Source: Planctomycetota bacterium
Lineage (GTDB): Bacteria; Planctomycetota; B15-G4
Assembly (NCBI GenBank): GCA_038212275.1
Contig: JBBQUR010000012.1
Location: forward strand, 32,001-96,000
Reading direction: 5' to 3'
DNA: 64,000 bases
Shown here: positions 8,861-21,972 of the stretch, piece after piece
Layout of the letters: every line of letters begins with the position of its first letter
Position numbering within the stretch: the first letter of the stretch is position 1
Position numbers and translations under genes: made by a program
The notes under the pieces: model-generated
Told to the model about the DNA's origin: nothing
What the model saw: the letters and a program-made list of their open reading frames with translations, nothing else
The model's database searches: none

Positions 8861-10513
8861 ATGGCCGTGAAGGAAGGTTGGGGATCCCGCGTGGGCCTCG
8901 TGCTCGCGATGGCGGGCAACGCGGTGGGACTCGGCAACTTCCTGCGCTTTCCCGCGCAGGCCGCGCAGTACGGGGGCGGGGCCTTCCTCATCCCGTACTT
9001 CGTATCCTTCCTGCTCATGGGGATCCCGCTGCTCTGGGTGGAGTGGGCCATCGGGCGCCACGGCGGACTGCTGGGGCACCACAGCACGCCGGGCTCGATC
9101 CAGGCGCTGGGCAAGCCGCGCTGGTTCAAGTACCTCGGCGTCTTCGGCCTCTTCACCAACCTCACGGTGGCGGCCTTCTACTGCTACCTCGAGAGCTGGG
9201 CGCTCGCCTACGTGTGGTACTCGGTCAGCGGCGCCTTCAGCGGCCAGTCGCCGGCGGAGGTGGCCAGCTTCTTCGACCACTACACGGACATCCAGGTGAA
9301 CGGGACCGGGATGAACTTTCCGATCCCGGCCATCGGCTTCTTCCTGGCGACGCTCGGCCTCAACGTGTGGATCCTGTCCCGCGGGCTCTCGAAGGGCGTC
9401 GAGATCGCCAGCAAGATCGGCATGCCGCTGCTGATCGCCTTCGGCGTCATCCTCGCGATCCGCTCGCTGACGCTCGATGCGGGCGAGCAGGGTGCGACAT
9501 ACAGCGCGATGGACGGCCTCAACTTCCTGTGGACACCGAAGTACGACAGCCTCAAGGATCCCAAGGTCTGGCTGGCGGCCGCGGGGCAGATCTTCTTCAC
9601 GCTGTCCGTGGGCATGGGTTCGATCCACTGCTACGCGAGCTACGTCAAGCGCAAGCAGGACATCGCGCTCAACGCGGCCTCCGCCGGCTGGATGAATGAG
9701 TTCGTCGAGGTGATCCTCGGCGGCTCCATCGTGGTGCCGATCTCGGCGGCCTACCTCGGCCTCGCGTGGGTGCAGGACCCGGGCAACGTCGGCCTGATGA
9801 TGGGCTTCAAGACCATGCCCACGCTGTTCAACAACTGGGGCTGGCTGGCGCCCGTCGCGGGCTGCATGTGGTTCGGGTTGCTCTTCTTTGCGGGCATCAC
9901 CAGTTCGCTGGCGATGGGCCAGCCGGTCATGGCCTTCATGCAGGATGAGTTCAAGCAGAGCCGCAACCGCTCGGCGCTGACCTTCGGCTTCTGGACCTTC
10001 CTGCTCGCGCTGCCGTGCATCCTGTTCTTCAGCGCTGGGGCCTTCAACGAGTTCGACTGGTGGGCCGGCTCGGTCGCGCTGGTGATCTTCGCGCTGGGCG
10101 AGTCGCTCATCTTCGCCTACGCCTTCGGCATCGACCGCGGCTGGGAGGAGATCACGCGCGGCGCGGACATCGTCGTGCCGCGCTTCTTCCGCTTCGTGAT
10201 CAAGTACGTGACGCCGCTGTTCCTGCTGCTCGTGTTCCTGGGCACGCTCGTCAAGCCGCTAGGCGGCGACTTCATTGCGGCCTTCCAGCGGCTGGGCCGC
10301 GGCGAGAGCTGGAGCTTCGACGGGGAGTCGATCATCGGCTCGATCGCGCACGTCGGCGTGGTCGACACCACGTGGTGGAACGGCGAGGAACTCACGCACC
10401 TGTTCTACATCGACGCCACGCGCATCCTGCTCACTGCGACCTTCCTCGCGCTGGCGTTCATGGTCTGGAAGGCCTTCAGGAAAAACGGCCGGTCGGCGGA
10501 GGTCTCGTCATGA
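8861..10513 (+). CDS. Sodium-dependent transporter, neurotransmitter:sodium symporter (NSS/LeuT) family
   Basis: WGSRVGLVLAMAGNAVGLGNFLRFP, GGGAFLIPY, AAGQIFFTLSVG, FFAGITSS; many TM helices. Confidence 0.95.
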   Translation: MAVKEGWGSRVGLVLAMAGNAVGLGNFLRFPAQAAQYGGGAFLIPYFVSFLLMGIPLLWVEWAIGRHGGLLGHHSTPGSIQALGKPRWFKYLGVFGLFTNLTVAAFYCYLESWALAYVWYSVSGAFSGQSPAEVASFFDHYTDIQVNGTGMNFPIPAIGFFLATLGLNVWILSRGLSKGVEIASKIGMPLLIAFGVILAIRSLTLDAGEQGATYSAMDGLNFLWTPKYDSLKDPKVWLAAAGQIFFTLSVGMGSIHCYASYVKRKQDIALNAASAGWMNEFVEVILGGSIVVPISAAYLGLAWVQDPGNVGLMMGFKTMPTLFNNWGWLAPVAGCMWFGLLFFAGITSSLAMGQPVMAFMQDEFKQSRNRSALTFGFWTFLLALPCILFFSAGAFNEFDWWAGSVALVIFALGESLIFAYAFGIDRGWEEITRGADIVVPRFFRFVIKYVTPLFLLLVFLGTLVKPLGGDFIAAFQRLGRGESWSFDGESIIGSIAHVGVVDTTWWNGEELTHLFYIDATRILLTATFLALAFMVWKAFRKNGRSAEVSS

Positions 10514-10629
10514 ATGACAGCGCGCTGATTTTCCTGCTGGTGACCTGGAGCGTCATCTCCTTCTTCTGCTTCAAGTTCTTCATCAAGGTGGTGCGGACAC
10601 CGCCGCGCCCGGGCGATGACGACGATTGA
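10510..10629 (+). CDS. 39-aa single-TM protein, probable NSS transporter small subunit (MetS-like)
   Basis: ATGA overlap with the NSS stop; MNDSALIFLLVTWSVISFFCFKFFIKVVRTPPRPGDDDD. Confidence 0.7.
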   Translation: MNDSALIFLLVTWSVISFFCFKFFIKVVRTPPRPGDDDD

Positions 10630-10791
10630 GTCCGGCGCCCGCGTGTCCCCGGCGAGTCGCCGCGAACCGCGCTGGGGTGGCTCCTGGCGCATCGGTCGTT
10701 CGGCTGCAGCCGACTGCGCCCCGCCCGCGTCTGGCACGACGCGCACCGATTCGCTAGCTTCCCTTCCTTCGCACACAGCCCCGAGGACACC

Positions 10792-11148
10792 ATGACCCAC
10801 GTTGTCACAGCCCGCTGCCTCGATTGCCGCTACACCGACTGCTGCGCCGTCTGCCCGGTCGAGGCTTTTCACAAGCTCGACGACCCGGCGATGCTCGTCA
10901 TCAACCCGGGCGTCTGCATCGACTGCCAGCTCTGCGTGCCCGAATGCCCCGTCCATGCGATCTACGCCGACAACGAACTGCCGGCGCACTACGCGGACTG
11001 GAAGGACATGAACACGGCCCTCGCCGACATGGGCGAGAAGATCACCAAGAAGGAGCCCGCCATGGCCGGCGCGGCGACGCTCGAGCAGATGCACGCCAAG
11101 GAGCGCGCAGCAGGCTGGACTCCGGTGGAGCCCGCCGGCGCGCCGTGA
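10792..11148 (+). CDS. Dicluster (7Fe/8Fe, FdxA-type) ferredoxin
   Basis: MTHVVTARCLDCRYTDCCAVCPV and CIDCQLCVPECPV; GAGGA RBS. Confidence 0.93.
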   Translation: MTHVVTARCLDCRYTDCCAVCPVEAFHKLDDPAMLVINPGVCIDCQLCVPECPVHAIYADNELPAHYADWKDMNTALADMGEKITKKEPAMAGAATLEQMHAKERAAGWTPVEPAGAP

Positions 11149-11249
11149 GGCCCGCCTGAGCTCCGGCTGCCACACGTCGGCATCGCGCCGCCGCGGGGGC
11201 GATCGACGCGGCCCGTCATCGGGGAATTCCCGGTGACGGGCCGCGCCGC

Positions 11250-11278
11250 TTGACCGGCAGTCAGGGGGCGGCCACACT
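11250..11278 (+). promoter_or_regulatory. Sigma70-like promoter TTGACC-N17-CACACT for the regulator-metH operon
   Basis: -35 at 11250-11255, exact 17-bp spacer, -10-like hexamer at 11273-11278. Confidence 0.6.
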
Positions 11279-11280
11279 GT

Positions 11281-11300
11281 TCATCCTTTCATCCGGATGG
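11281..11300. promoter_or_regulatory. Candidate SahR/SamR-type operator TCATCCTTTCATCCGGATGG overlapping the start codon
   Basis: Dyad CATCC-N8-GGATG directly downstream of the -10 element. Confidence 0.55.
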
Positions 11301-12390
11301 ACGGATTGTTGACTGCCGCCACCTCTCGCAGCGCACCCACGCCCCGGGCCGGCCCTCCGACGGGCGCGAGTCTCGCAGAGGCCACGGCGCTGCTGCGCCT
11401 GCTCTCGGATGCCTCGCGCGTGCGGCTCCTGCACCTGCTCCACGGCCAGGAGCTCACGGTGGCGGAGCTGACGGGCGCCTGCCGGTTGGCTCAGTCGCGC
11501 GTGTCCAGCCATCTGGGCCAGCTGCGGACGGCGGGCTTCCTGCGGGTGCGAAAGGCCGGCACGTCCACCTACTACGCGCTGCACGAGGCCGGGCTTCCCG
11601 CCGACGCGGCGCGGCTGTGGGACCTGCTGCGCGAGCGCACGGACGACGCGCTGCTGTCGGAAGACCGCGGCCGGCTTGCCGAGCTGCTGCGGGCGCGGCA
11701 GGGGAGCTGGGCCGACAGCGTGGCCGGCAGCATGGAGCGGCATTATTCGCCGGGCCGCACCTGGGAGGCGGCCGCCCGCGCGCTGGTCGGCCTCGCGCGG
11801 CTGGGCCGCGTGCTCGACATCGCTTCGGGCGACGGCGCGCTGGCCGAACTGCTCGCGCCCCGCGCAACCTCCGTCACCTGCCTCGACCTCTCGCCCCGCG
11901 TGGTCGAGGCCGGCGACGCGCGGCTCGCCCTCGCCGGGAGGTCGCGCGCCGGATCGCGCGCCGGATCGCGCGCCCGATCTCGCGCCGGGTCGCGCGCCTC
12001 GCGCGTCGCGGCCGCGGACCTGCCGGTCGGTCGCGTGCGCTTCCTGCGCGGCGACATGCACGCGCTGCCCTTCGCGGAGGGCTCCTTCGACGAGGTGCTG
12101 CTGCTCAACGCGCTGACCTTCGCGCGCGACCCGCGCCGCGTCGTGGCCGAGGCCGTCCGCGTGCTGGCCCCCGGCGGCACGCTGCTGGCGGTCGCGCTGA
12201 AGGCGCACCGTCACGAGGCCGCTGCCGCCGCCTTCGATCACGTGCAGAACGGCTTTCAGCCGAAGAAGCTGCGCGAGCTCTTCGAGCACGCCGGCTGCGA
12301 GGTCTCGCTCTGCGACGTCACGTCGCGCGAGAAGCAGCCGCCGCATTTCGAGATCATCACCGTCCACGCCCGCCGCCGAGGAAAGTCCCG

Positions 12391-12394
<4 letters not shown>
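11297..12394 (+). CDS. ArsR-family HTH fused to SAM-binding methyltransferase domain (SahR/SamR-like methionine regulator)
   Basis: N-terminal [41 protein letters not shown] motif I; GDMHALPF; coupled to metH. Confidence 0.88.
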
Positions 12395-16275
<3,881 letters not shown>

Positions 16276-16716
16276 CCGGCGGCGTGGAGCTGCGCCTGCG
16301 CCTCGGGCGAGCAGTCGTCGTCATGGCCGGCGAGGTGCAGCATGAGCGGCGTGACGATGCCGCCCGCCTCCGGCAGGCCCTGCTCGACGTGGACGCCGCA
16401 GGAGCCGACCGCGGCGTCGGGTCGCCCGCGGTCCGCGCTGCGCGGAAGGGTACCCGCAGCCTGGCGCCCCGAGGCCGAGCCACCGCGCGCCGGTACAGGC
16501 CGGTACAGGCGGCATGAGGTCTGGCGGACTCCAGCAAAGTCGCCGCGGTCGATGGCGCGGCCGGATGGGAGCGTGCGTGCAGGGGACTGCGCATGCGGGC
16601 CGGATGGAATCGCGCGGATCGCGTCGCGTCGCCGTCACGGGAGTGGAGGCCCGCCCGACACGCGCGCTAGAATCCGCGGCTTCGTTTCCGCGCCCGGAGT
16701 GCCGCCCTTGCCCGAG

Positions 16717-17484
16717 ATGATCCGCGTCGATCACGTGAGCAAGCGCTACGGCAGTCACCTGGCGGTGGATGACGTGTCCTTCTCCATCGGCGACGGCGAG
16801 GTCGTCGGCTTCCTCGGGCCCAATGGCGCGGGCAAGAGCACGCTGCTGCGGATGATGTCCACGTGGTTGGTGCCGACCTCCGGCACGCTGGCCATCGACG
16901 GTCACGACACGGTGGCCGAGCCGCTCGCGGTGCGGCGCTCGCTGGGATATCTCACGGAGCACAACGCGCTGTACGAGGGCATGCGCGTGGATCGCTTCCT
17001 GCGTTTCATGGGGCGCTCGCGCGGGCTCTCCGGCGCGCATCTTGCGGAGCGCACGGACTGGGTCGTGCAGGCCTGCACGCTCGGCGCCGTGCTGGGCAAG
17101 AAGGTGCAGGAGTGCAGCAAGGGCTTCCGCCAGCGCATCGGCGTGGCTGCGGCGCTCATCCACGACCCGCGCGTCATCCTGCTCGACGAACCGACGCACG
17201 GGCTCGATCCGCTGCAGGTCGTCGCCTTCCGCGAGTTCGTGCAGGGGCTGCGGCAGGGGCGCGCCATCCTCTTCAGCAGCCACATCCTGTCGGAGGTGCT
17301 CTCCATCTCCGAGCGCGTGCTGGTCATCCACCAGGGGCGGCTGCTCGCCGACCGGGCCGTCGCCAGCCTGCACGCCGAGGCCCGCCAGCGCGGCATCGAC
17401 ATCGAGCAGGTCGTGCTCGACATCGTGCGGGCCCACGACAACGGCGGCGTGGGCGTGGCGCCGAAGCGCGGAGGCGCGGCATGA
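16717..17484 (+). CDS. ABC transporter ATP-binding protein (GldA-like)
   Basis: GPNGAGKST Walker A, SKGFRQR signature, ILLDEPT Walker B, SSH switch. Confidence 0.93.
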   Translation: MIRVDHVSKRYGSHLAVDDVSFSIGDGEVVGFLGPNGAGKSTLLRMMSTWLVPTSGTLAIDGHDTVAEPLAVRRSLGYLTEHNALYEGMRVDRFLRFMGRSRGLSGAHLAERTDWVVQACTLGAVLGKKVQECSKGFRQRIGVAAALIHDPRVILLDEPTHGLDPLQVVAFREFVQGLRQGRAILFSSHILSEVLSISERVLVIHQGRLLADRAVASLHAEARQRGIDIEQVVLDIVRAHDNGGVGVAPKRGGAA

Positions 17485-18326
17485 GCGCGGCACCAGGTGG
17501 TGACACTGCGCGCGGCGCAGCCGCTGGCGGAACGAGCGGGGCTGCGGGCGGTCGGGCCGGTGGCGCGCGCGCCGGGCTTTCGCCGGGCCAGTTCCTCGCC
17601 GGCTCGCTGGTCATCGCCGGGCGCGAGCTGGCTTCGTTCTTCGACGGCGGCATCGCCTACGTCTACACGATCGCCTTCACGCTGCTCGCCAACTCGATCT
17701 TCATGAACGAGTTCTTCCTGGTCGGCACCGCCGACATGCGCGCCTACTTCGAACTCATGCCGCTGCTGCTGGCCTTCTTCCTGCCCGCGGTGACGATGCG
17801 CCTGTGGGCCGAGGAGCGCAAGCAGCGCACGATCGAGCTGCTGCTGACGCTGCCGATCGTGCCGCTGCAGGCCGTGACGGGCAAGTACCTCGCCGCGCTC
17901 GCGCTCTTCGCATTCTTCCTGCTCGGCTCGCTGCCGATCGTCGTCATGCTCGGCGTGCTCGGGCAGCCGGACGCGGGCCTGCTCGTCGCGGGCTACCTCG
18001 GACTCTTCGGGCTCGGCGCGCTTTTCCTCGCGTTCGGCGGCTTCCTGTCGTCGCTCAGCAGCGACCAGATCGTGGCCTTCGTCACCAGCACGCTGCTCGG
18101 CTTCCTGCTCGTGCTCACCGGCAACGACCGCGTCGTCGCCGTCGTGGACGGGCTCTTCCCCGCGCTGGCGCTGGGCAGCCTGCTGCGCGAGTCCTTCTCG
18201 GTCATGCCGCACTTCGAGGCCTTCCTCGCGGGCACCGTGTCACTGGCGTCGGTGCTGTACTTCGGCCTGCTCGCGCTGCTCTTCCTGTGGCTCAATGCGC
18301 TGGTGCTCGAGAAGAACCGCGCATGA
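17481..18326 (+). CDS. ABC-2 type permease (GldF-like)
   Basis: PAVTMRLWAEERKQRTIELLLTLP, GKYLA, SDQIVAF; ATGA overlap. Confidence 0.9.
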   Translation: MSAAPGGDTARGAAAGGTSGAAGGRAGGARAGLSPGQFLAGSLVIAGRELASFFDGGIAYVYTIAFTLLANSIFMNEFFLVGTADMRAYFELMPLLLAFFLPAVTMRLWAEERKQRTIELLLTLPIVPLQAVTGKYLAALALFAFFLLGSLPIVVMLGVLGQPDAGLLVAGYLGLFGLGALFLAFGGFLSSLSSDQIVAFVTSTLLGFLLVLTGNDRVVAVVDGLFPALALGSLLRESFSVMPHFEAFLAGTVSLASVLYFGLLALLFLWLNALVLEKNRA

Positions 18327-18336
18327 TCGGCCGCGC

Positions 18337-21300
18337 GTGAAAGGCCGCGAGCGCCTCACGCTGCTGCTCGTCCTGCTGCTGGGCGGCTGGTGCGCGTTGC
18401 TGGCCGCGCGTGTCGCCGGACACGACCGCACTGCGCGCGCCGAGCTGGGCCGCTTCAAGCTCACGCAGCTGGAGCCCGCGACGCGCGCGCGCCTCGACGC
18501 GCTGCAGGACCGCGTGCTGCTGACCTTCTACGTGAGCGACCGCGCCGCCATGCCGTCATCGATGGGCACCCTCGAGCGCGACGCCACGGACCTGCTGCAG
18601 ACCCTGGCTGCCGCGACGCACGGCAAGCTGGCCTTCCAGGTGGCGGATCCGGGCGCCGACGCGGACCTCGCCCGCTTCGCGGCGGCCGCCGGCGCGTCGC
18701 CGATCCGCGTGCGCAGCGTCGAGCGCGACGGCTACAGCGAGAAAGAGGTGTGGTCCGCGCTGACCATCGCCTACGGCAGCCATCCGCCCGTAACCATCAA
18801 CGGCCTGCTGCCCGAGCGCCTGCCGCGGCTGCAGTCGCTGCTCGTCGCGGAACTGGACCAGCTGGAGTCGCCGCGACGACCGGTCATCGCGCTCGCGGCG
18901 CCCGCCGGCTACGACGAGCTGGCCGCCGCCCTGGCCACGCGCGGCGACGTGCAGCGCGTGGACCTCGACGGCGGTGCGCCCTTCCCCGACCGCGCCGACC
19001 TGCTGCTGTGGATGGACCCTGCCCGCGCGGACAGCGCGCGCGTGCGCGAGCTGGAGCTGTTTCTGCAGGGCGGCCGCTCCGCGATCGTCGCCGGCAGCGC
19101 GCAGGAACTGGTCGAGCCCGTGACCGTCGATGGTCACGGCGAGCCGCAGCTGGCCTTCCGCACCACGGGTCGTGACGGAGCGGCGCTGCTCTCCGGCTTC
19201 GGGCTGTCGAGCGTGTCCGGCGTGGTCTGCGACCAGTGGATGGACGTGCTCACCGTCGGCGACAGGCAGTTCGGTCTGCCGTGTGTCTTCCGATCGATCG
19301 CGCCGAACCAGGACTTCCGCACGTTCCGCGATCAGCCCAACGGACACCTGCAGTTCTCCGTGCCCACGCCTTATCGCCTGGACGCCGGGCGACTCGCCGC
19401 GCGCGGTCTGTCCGCCGAGCTGCTCGCCTCATCGTCGGACGCCACGTGGATCGTCCCGCAGCCGGACGCTCCGCTGCCACTCTCGCAGCTGAGTGCGGAG
19501 TACGGCCAGCTTGCACCGCGACAACCACTGCTCGTGGCGCTGCGTCCGACCGATCCATGGGGCGGACTGCTCGTCGCAGGAGCGGCGAGCACGCCCTTTC
19601 GTGACGGCGAACTGCAGCGTCAAGGCTACGCACACGAGGCGTTGCTCGGCCTGCTGCTCGACGGACTCGTGAACGATGCGCGCCTCGTGCAGAGCCGCGT
19701 CGGCCTCGATCGCCCCGCGCCGATCCCCGAGCTGAGCACGGCCGCGCGCGCCTTCTGGCGTGCGGCGTGCGTGCTGCTGTTTCCCGCGGCGCTGCTGGCC
19801 GCGGCGCTGCTCACGTCCCGCAGGCGGCGCCGCGCACGCGTCGTGGCGCCTGCCACGAACGCGGCGCCCGACACGAACGCGGCGCCCGACACGAACGCGG
19901 CGCCTGCCGCGACGGTGGCGCCTGCCACGAAGGCGGCACGCGGCACGACGGCGCTTCCGACGCGCGGCTGGAAGCTGCGCGCCGTGCTGATCGGCGCGAG
20001 CGGCGCGGTGGCGGCGCTGCTGCTCGTGTCCGCCGCGCGCTCGAGCGGCGCGCAAGCCGATCTCAGCGCCGACCGCCTGAACGAGCTCTCGCCGACGACG
20101 GCCGATCTCGCCTCGCGAGCCACCGGCGCCGATGCGCTGGTCGCAGAGCTCTGGTTCTCGCCGCGAGACCGCCTGCCGCCCGCGTTGCGCCCCGGACTCT
20201 CGCGCCTCACCGACCTGCTGCACGAACTGCAGCGCGCGGGCGCCTCGCTCGACGTGCAGGTCATGCTCCCCGAGGACCTGGATGAGGCGGGCCGGCTCGC
20301 GCTCGCCACCGAGGGCATTGCGCCGGTGGACATCACGACGCGCGACGACGAGGTCACCAGCGTGCGCAGCGTGTGGTGCTCGCTGCGGCTGCGCCGGGCG
20401 CAGGGCGGCGCCGGGCCCGATCGCAGCACGGTGCTCTCGTTCCCCGACGCTGAAAGCCTGCAACCGCTGGAGTTCCGGCTGGCCTTCGCGCTGTGGCGCC
20501 TGGAGACGGGTCGCCAGCCGCTGGTCGGGTTCGCGTCCGACGCGCCGCGGCTCTCGGCCGCCGAGGCGCACGAGCTCTACCAGAAGCGCGGCCTCATCCC
20601 GCCGCAGGGCAGCGACGTCTATGCGCTGGCCCGCGCCGCCGTGGAGAGCTGGGACTTCCGCGTCGTGCACGTCAATCCGCGCGAGGGCGCACTGCCCGCG
20701 GCGCTGGACGCGCTCGTCTGGCTGCAGCCGCGCCGCCCGGTGGGCCCGATGCTGCAGCAGACCGTGCAGTATCTGCATGGCGGTGGTCACGTGCTCATCG
20801 CGGCGCAGCACTTCGCGATGCAGTCGCGCCAGTTTCCCGGGCTGGCCTTCAAGCTGCAGTACTGGCCGCAGCCGCAGAGCACCGACCTCGAGACGGAGTA
20901 CTTCCCGGAGATCGGTGTCCACCTCGTGCGCGAGCCGCTCTTCGACGAACTCATGGGCGCGCTGCCGCTCACGTCGATGCTCTACGAGGGCGGGTCGCGC
21001 GACGTCAGCACGATGGATGCGGCGCTGCCCTTCTTCCTGCGCGTGCCCTCCGCCAATCAGGACGGCGACTTGCCGGTCATGCGCAACCTCGGCGACCAGG
21101 TGCTGCCCTTCGCGTCCGCACTCCACGTCGACGAGGAGCTGCTGGCGCGCAACGACCTGCACGCCCGGACGCTCATGACCACGTCGCCGCACAGCTGGAG
21201 CCTGGCGTGGGGAGGCGGCGCGATTCCCGACGAGATCGTCGCTGGCCCGCCGCGCGACGAGCACGGCACGCAGGTCTGGCGAGGCCGGCTGCCGCTCGCG

Positions 21301-21972
21301 ATCGAGTTGACGGGGCAGTTTCCGTTGCCGGCCGAGAGTCTCGCGCCCGCGCCGGAAGTGCGCGACGAGAACGGCGTGGCGCTCGACCCTCAGCCTCCGG
21401 CGCCGCCGTATCCGCCGGCCGGTCTGCCTCCCGCGGCGCCCGGGCGCCTGCTCTTCTTCGGAGACTCCGAACTCTTCAAGAACCAGCGCATGCTCGATCA
21501 GGCTTTCCGCGCGGATCACCTGCTGCTCAACGCCGTGGCCTCGCTCGCCCTGCCGCCGGAGCTTGCGGACGTGGCGACGCGCCGCGCCGTGGCGCGCGGC
21601 TTCGAACTGCTCGATCCGGAGCAGCGGCTGCGCTGGCGCGCCCTCGTGCTCGGCGGCTTTCCGGCGGCGGCCCTGCTCTTCGGCGCGTGCTGGTCGCTGC
21701 TGCGCAAACGTCGCATCGACACGCCGCACCGCCATGCGCCCGGTGGTGCGCCCGGTGGCACGCCCGGTGGCACGCCCGGTGGCACGCGCGGTGGCACGCG
21801 CGGTGGCACGCACAGTGGTACGCACGGTGGCACGCACAGTGGCACGCACAGTGGCACGCACAGTGGTACGCACGGTGGTACGCACGGTGGTACGCACGGT
21901 GGCACGCACGAGCCGCCGACCGGCGACTCGACCGGTGCTCCGACCGGTGCGTCCCCGGGGGACTCGCGATGA
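18337..21972 (+). CDS. GldG-like ABC auxiliary protein with tandemly duplicated module and His-rich repeat tail
   Basis: Two similar halves (FKLTQLEPATRARL / RLNELSPTTADL; FLQGGRSAIVA / YLHGGGHVLIA), each ending in a TM helix; LFFGDSELF. Confidence 0.75.
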   Translation: MKGRERLTLLLVLLLGGWCALLAARVAGHDRTARAELGRFKLTQLEPATRARLDALQDRVLLTFYVSDRAAMPSSMGTLERDATDLLQTLAAATHGKLAFQVADPGADADLARFAAAAGASPIRVRSVERDGYSEKEVWSALTIAYGSHPPVTINGLLPERLPRLQSLLVAELDQLESPRRPVIALAAPAGYDELAAALATRGDVQRVDLDGGAPFPDRADLLLWMDPARADSARVRELELFLQGGRSAIVAGSAQELVEPVTVDGHGEPQLAFRTTGRDGAALLSGFGLSSVSGVVCDQWMDVLTVGDRQFGLPCVFRSIAPNQDFRTFRDQPNGHLQFSVPTPYRLDAGRLAARGLSAELLASSSDATWIVPQPDAPLPLSQLSAEYGQLAPRQPLLVALRPTDPWGGLLVAGAASTPFRDGELQRQGYAHEALLGLLLDGLVNDARLVQSRVGLDRPAPIPELSTAARAFWRAACVLLFPAALLAAALLTSRRRRRARVVAPATNAAPDTNAAPDTNAAPAATVAPATKAARGTTALPTRGWKLRAVLIGASGAVAALLLVSAARSSGAQADLSADRLNELSPTTADLASRATGADALVAELWFSPRDRLPPALRPGLSRLTDLLHELQRAGASLDVQVMLPEDLDEAGRLALATEGIAPVDITTRDDEVTSVRSVWCSLRLRRAQGGAGPDRSTVLSFPDAESLQPLEFRLAFALWRLETGRQPLVGFASDAPRLSAAEAHELYQKRGLIPPQGSDVYALARAAVESWDFRVVHVNPREGALPAALDALVWLQPRRPVGPMLQQTVQYLHGGGHVLIAAQHFAMQSRQFPGLAFKLQYWPQPQSTDLETEYFPEIGVHLVREPLFDELMGALPLTSMLYEGGSRDVSTMDAALPFFLRVPSANQDGDLPVMRNLGDQVLPFASALHVDEELLARNDLHARTLMTTSPHSWSLAWGGGAIPDEIVAGPPRDEHGTQVWRGRLPLAIELTGQFPLPAESLAPAPEVRDENGVALDPQPPAPPYPPAGLPPAAPGRLLFFGDSELFKNQRMLDQAFRADHLLLNAVASLALPPELADVATRRAVARGFELLDPEQRLRWRALVLGGFPAAALLFGACWSLLRKRRIDTPHRHAPGGAPGGTPGGTPGGTRGGTRGGTHSGTHGGTHSGTHSGTHSGTHGGTHGGTHGGTHEPPTGDSTGAPTGASPGDSR
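21742..21909 (+). repeat. 14 x 12-bp in-frame tandem repeat encoding GGAP/GGTP/GGTR/(G/S)GTH
   Basis: Units such as GGTGGCACGCAC and AGTGGTACGCAC read directly. Confidence 0.95.

Noticed and set aside
11617..12390. N-terminal extension of MetH in the ORF track
   Set aside because: Overlaps the regulator gene in another frame; ATG 12391 in the ATGA overlap is the better start
16276..16716. 440-bp gap after metH as a possible riboswitch or ncRNA
   Set aside because: No recognisable cobalamin/SAM riboswitch motifs; only a 2 x 10-bp repeat and a TAGAAT -10-like box
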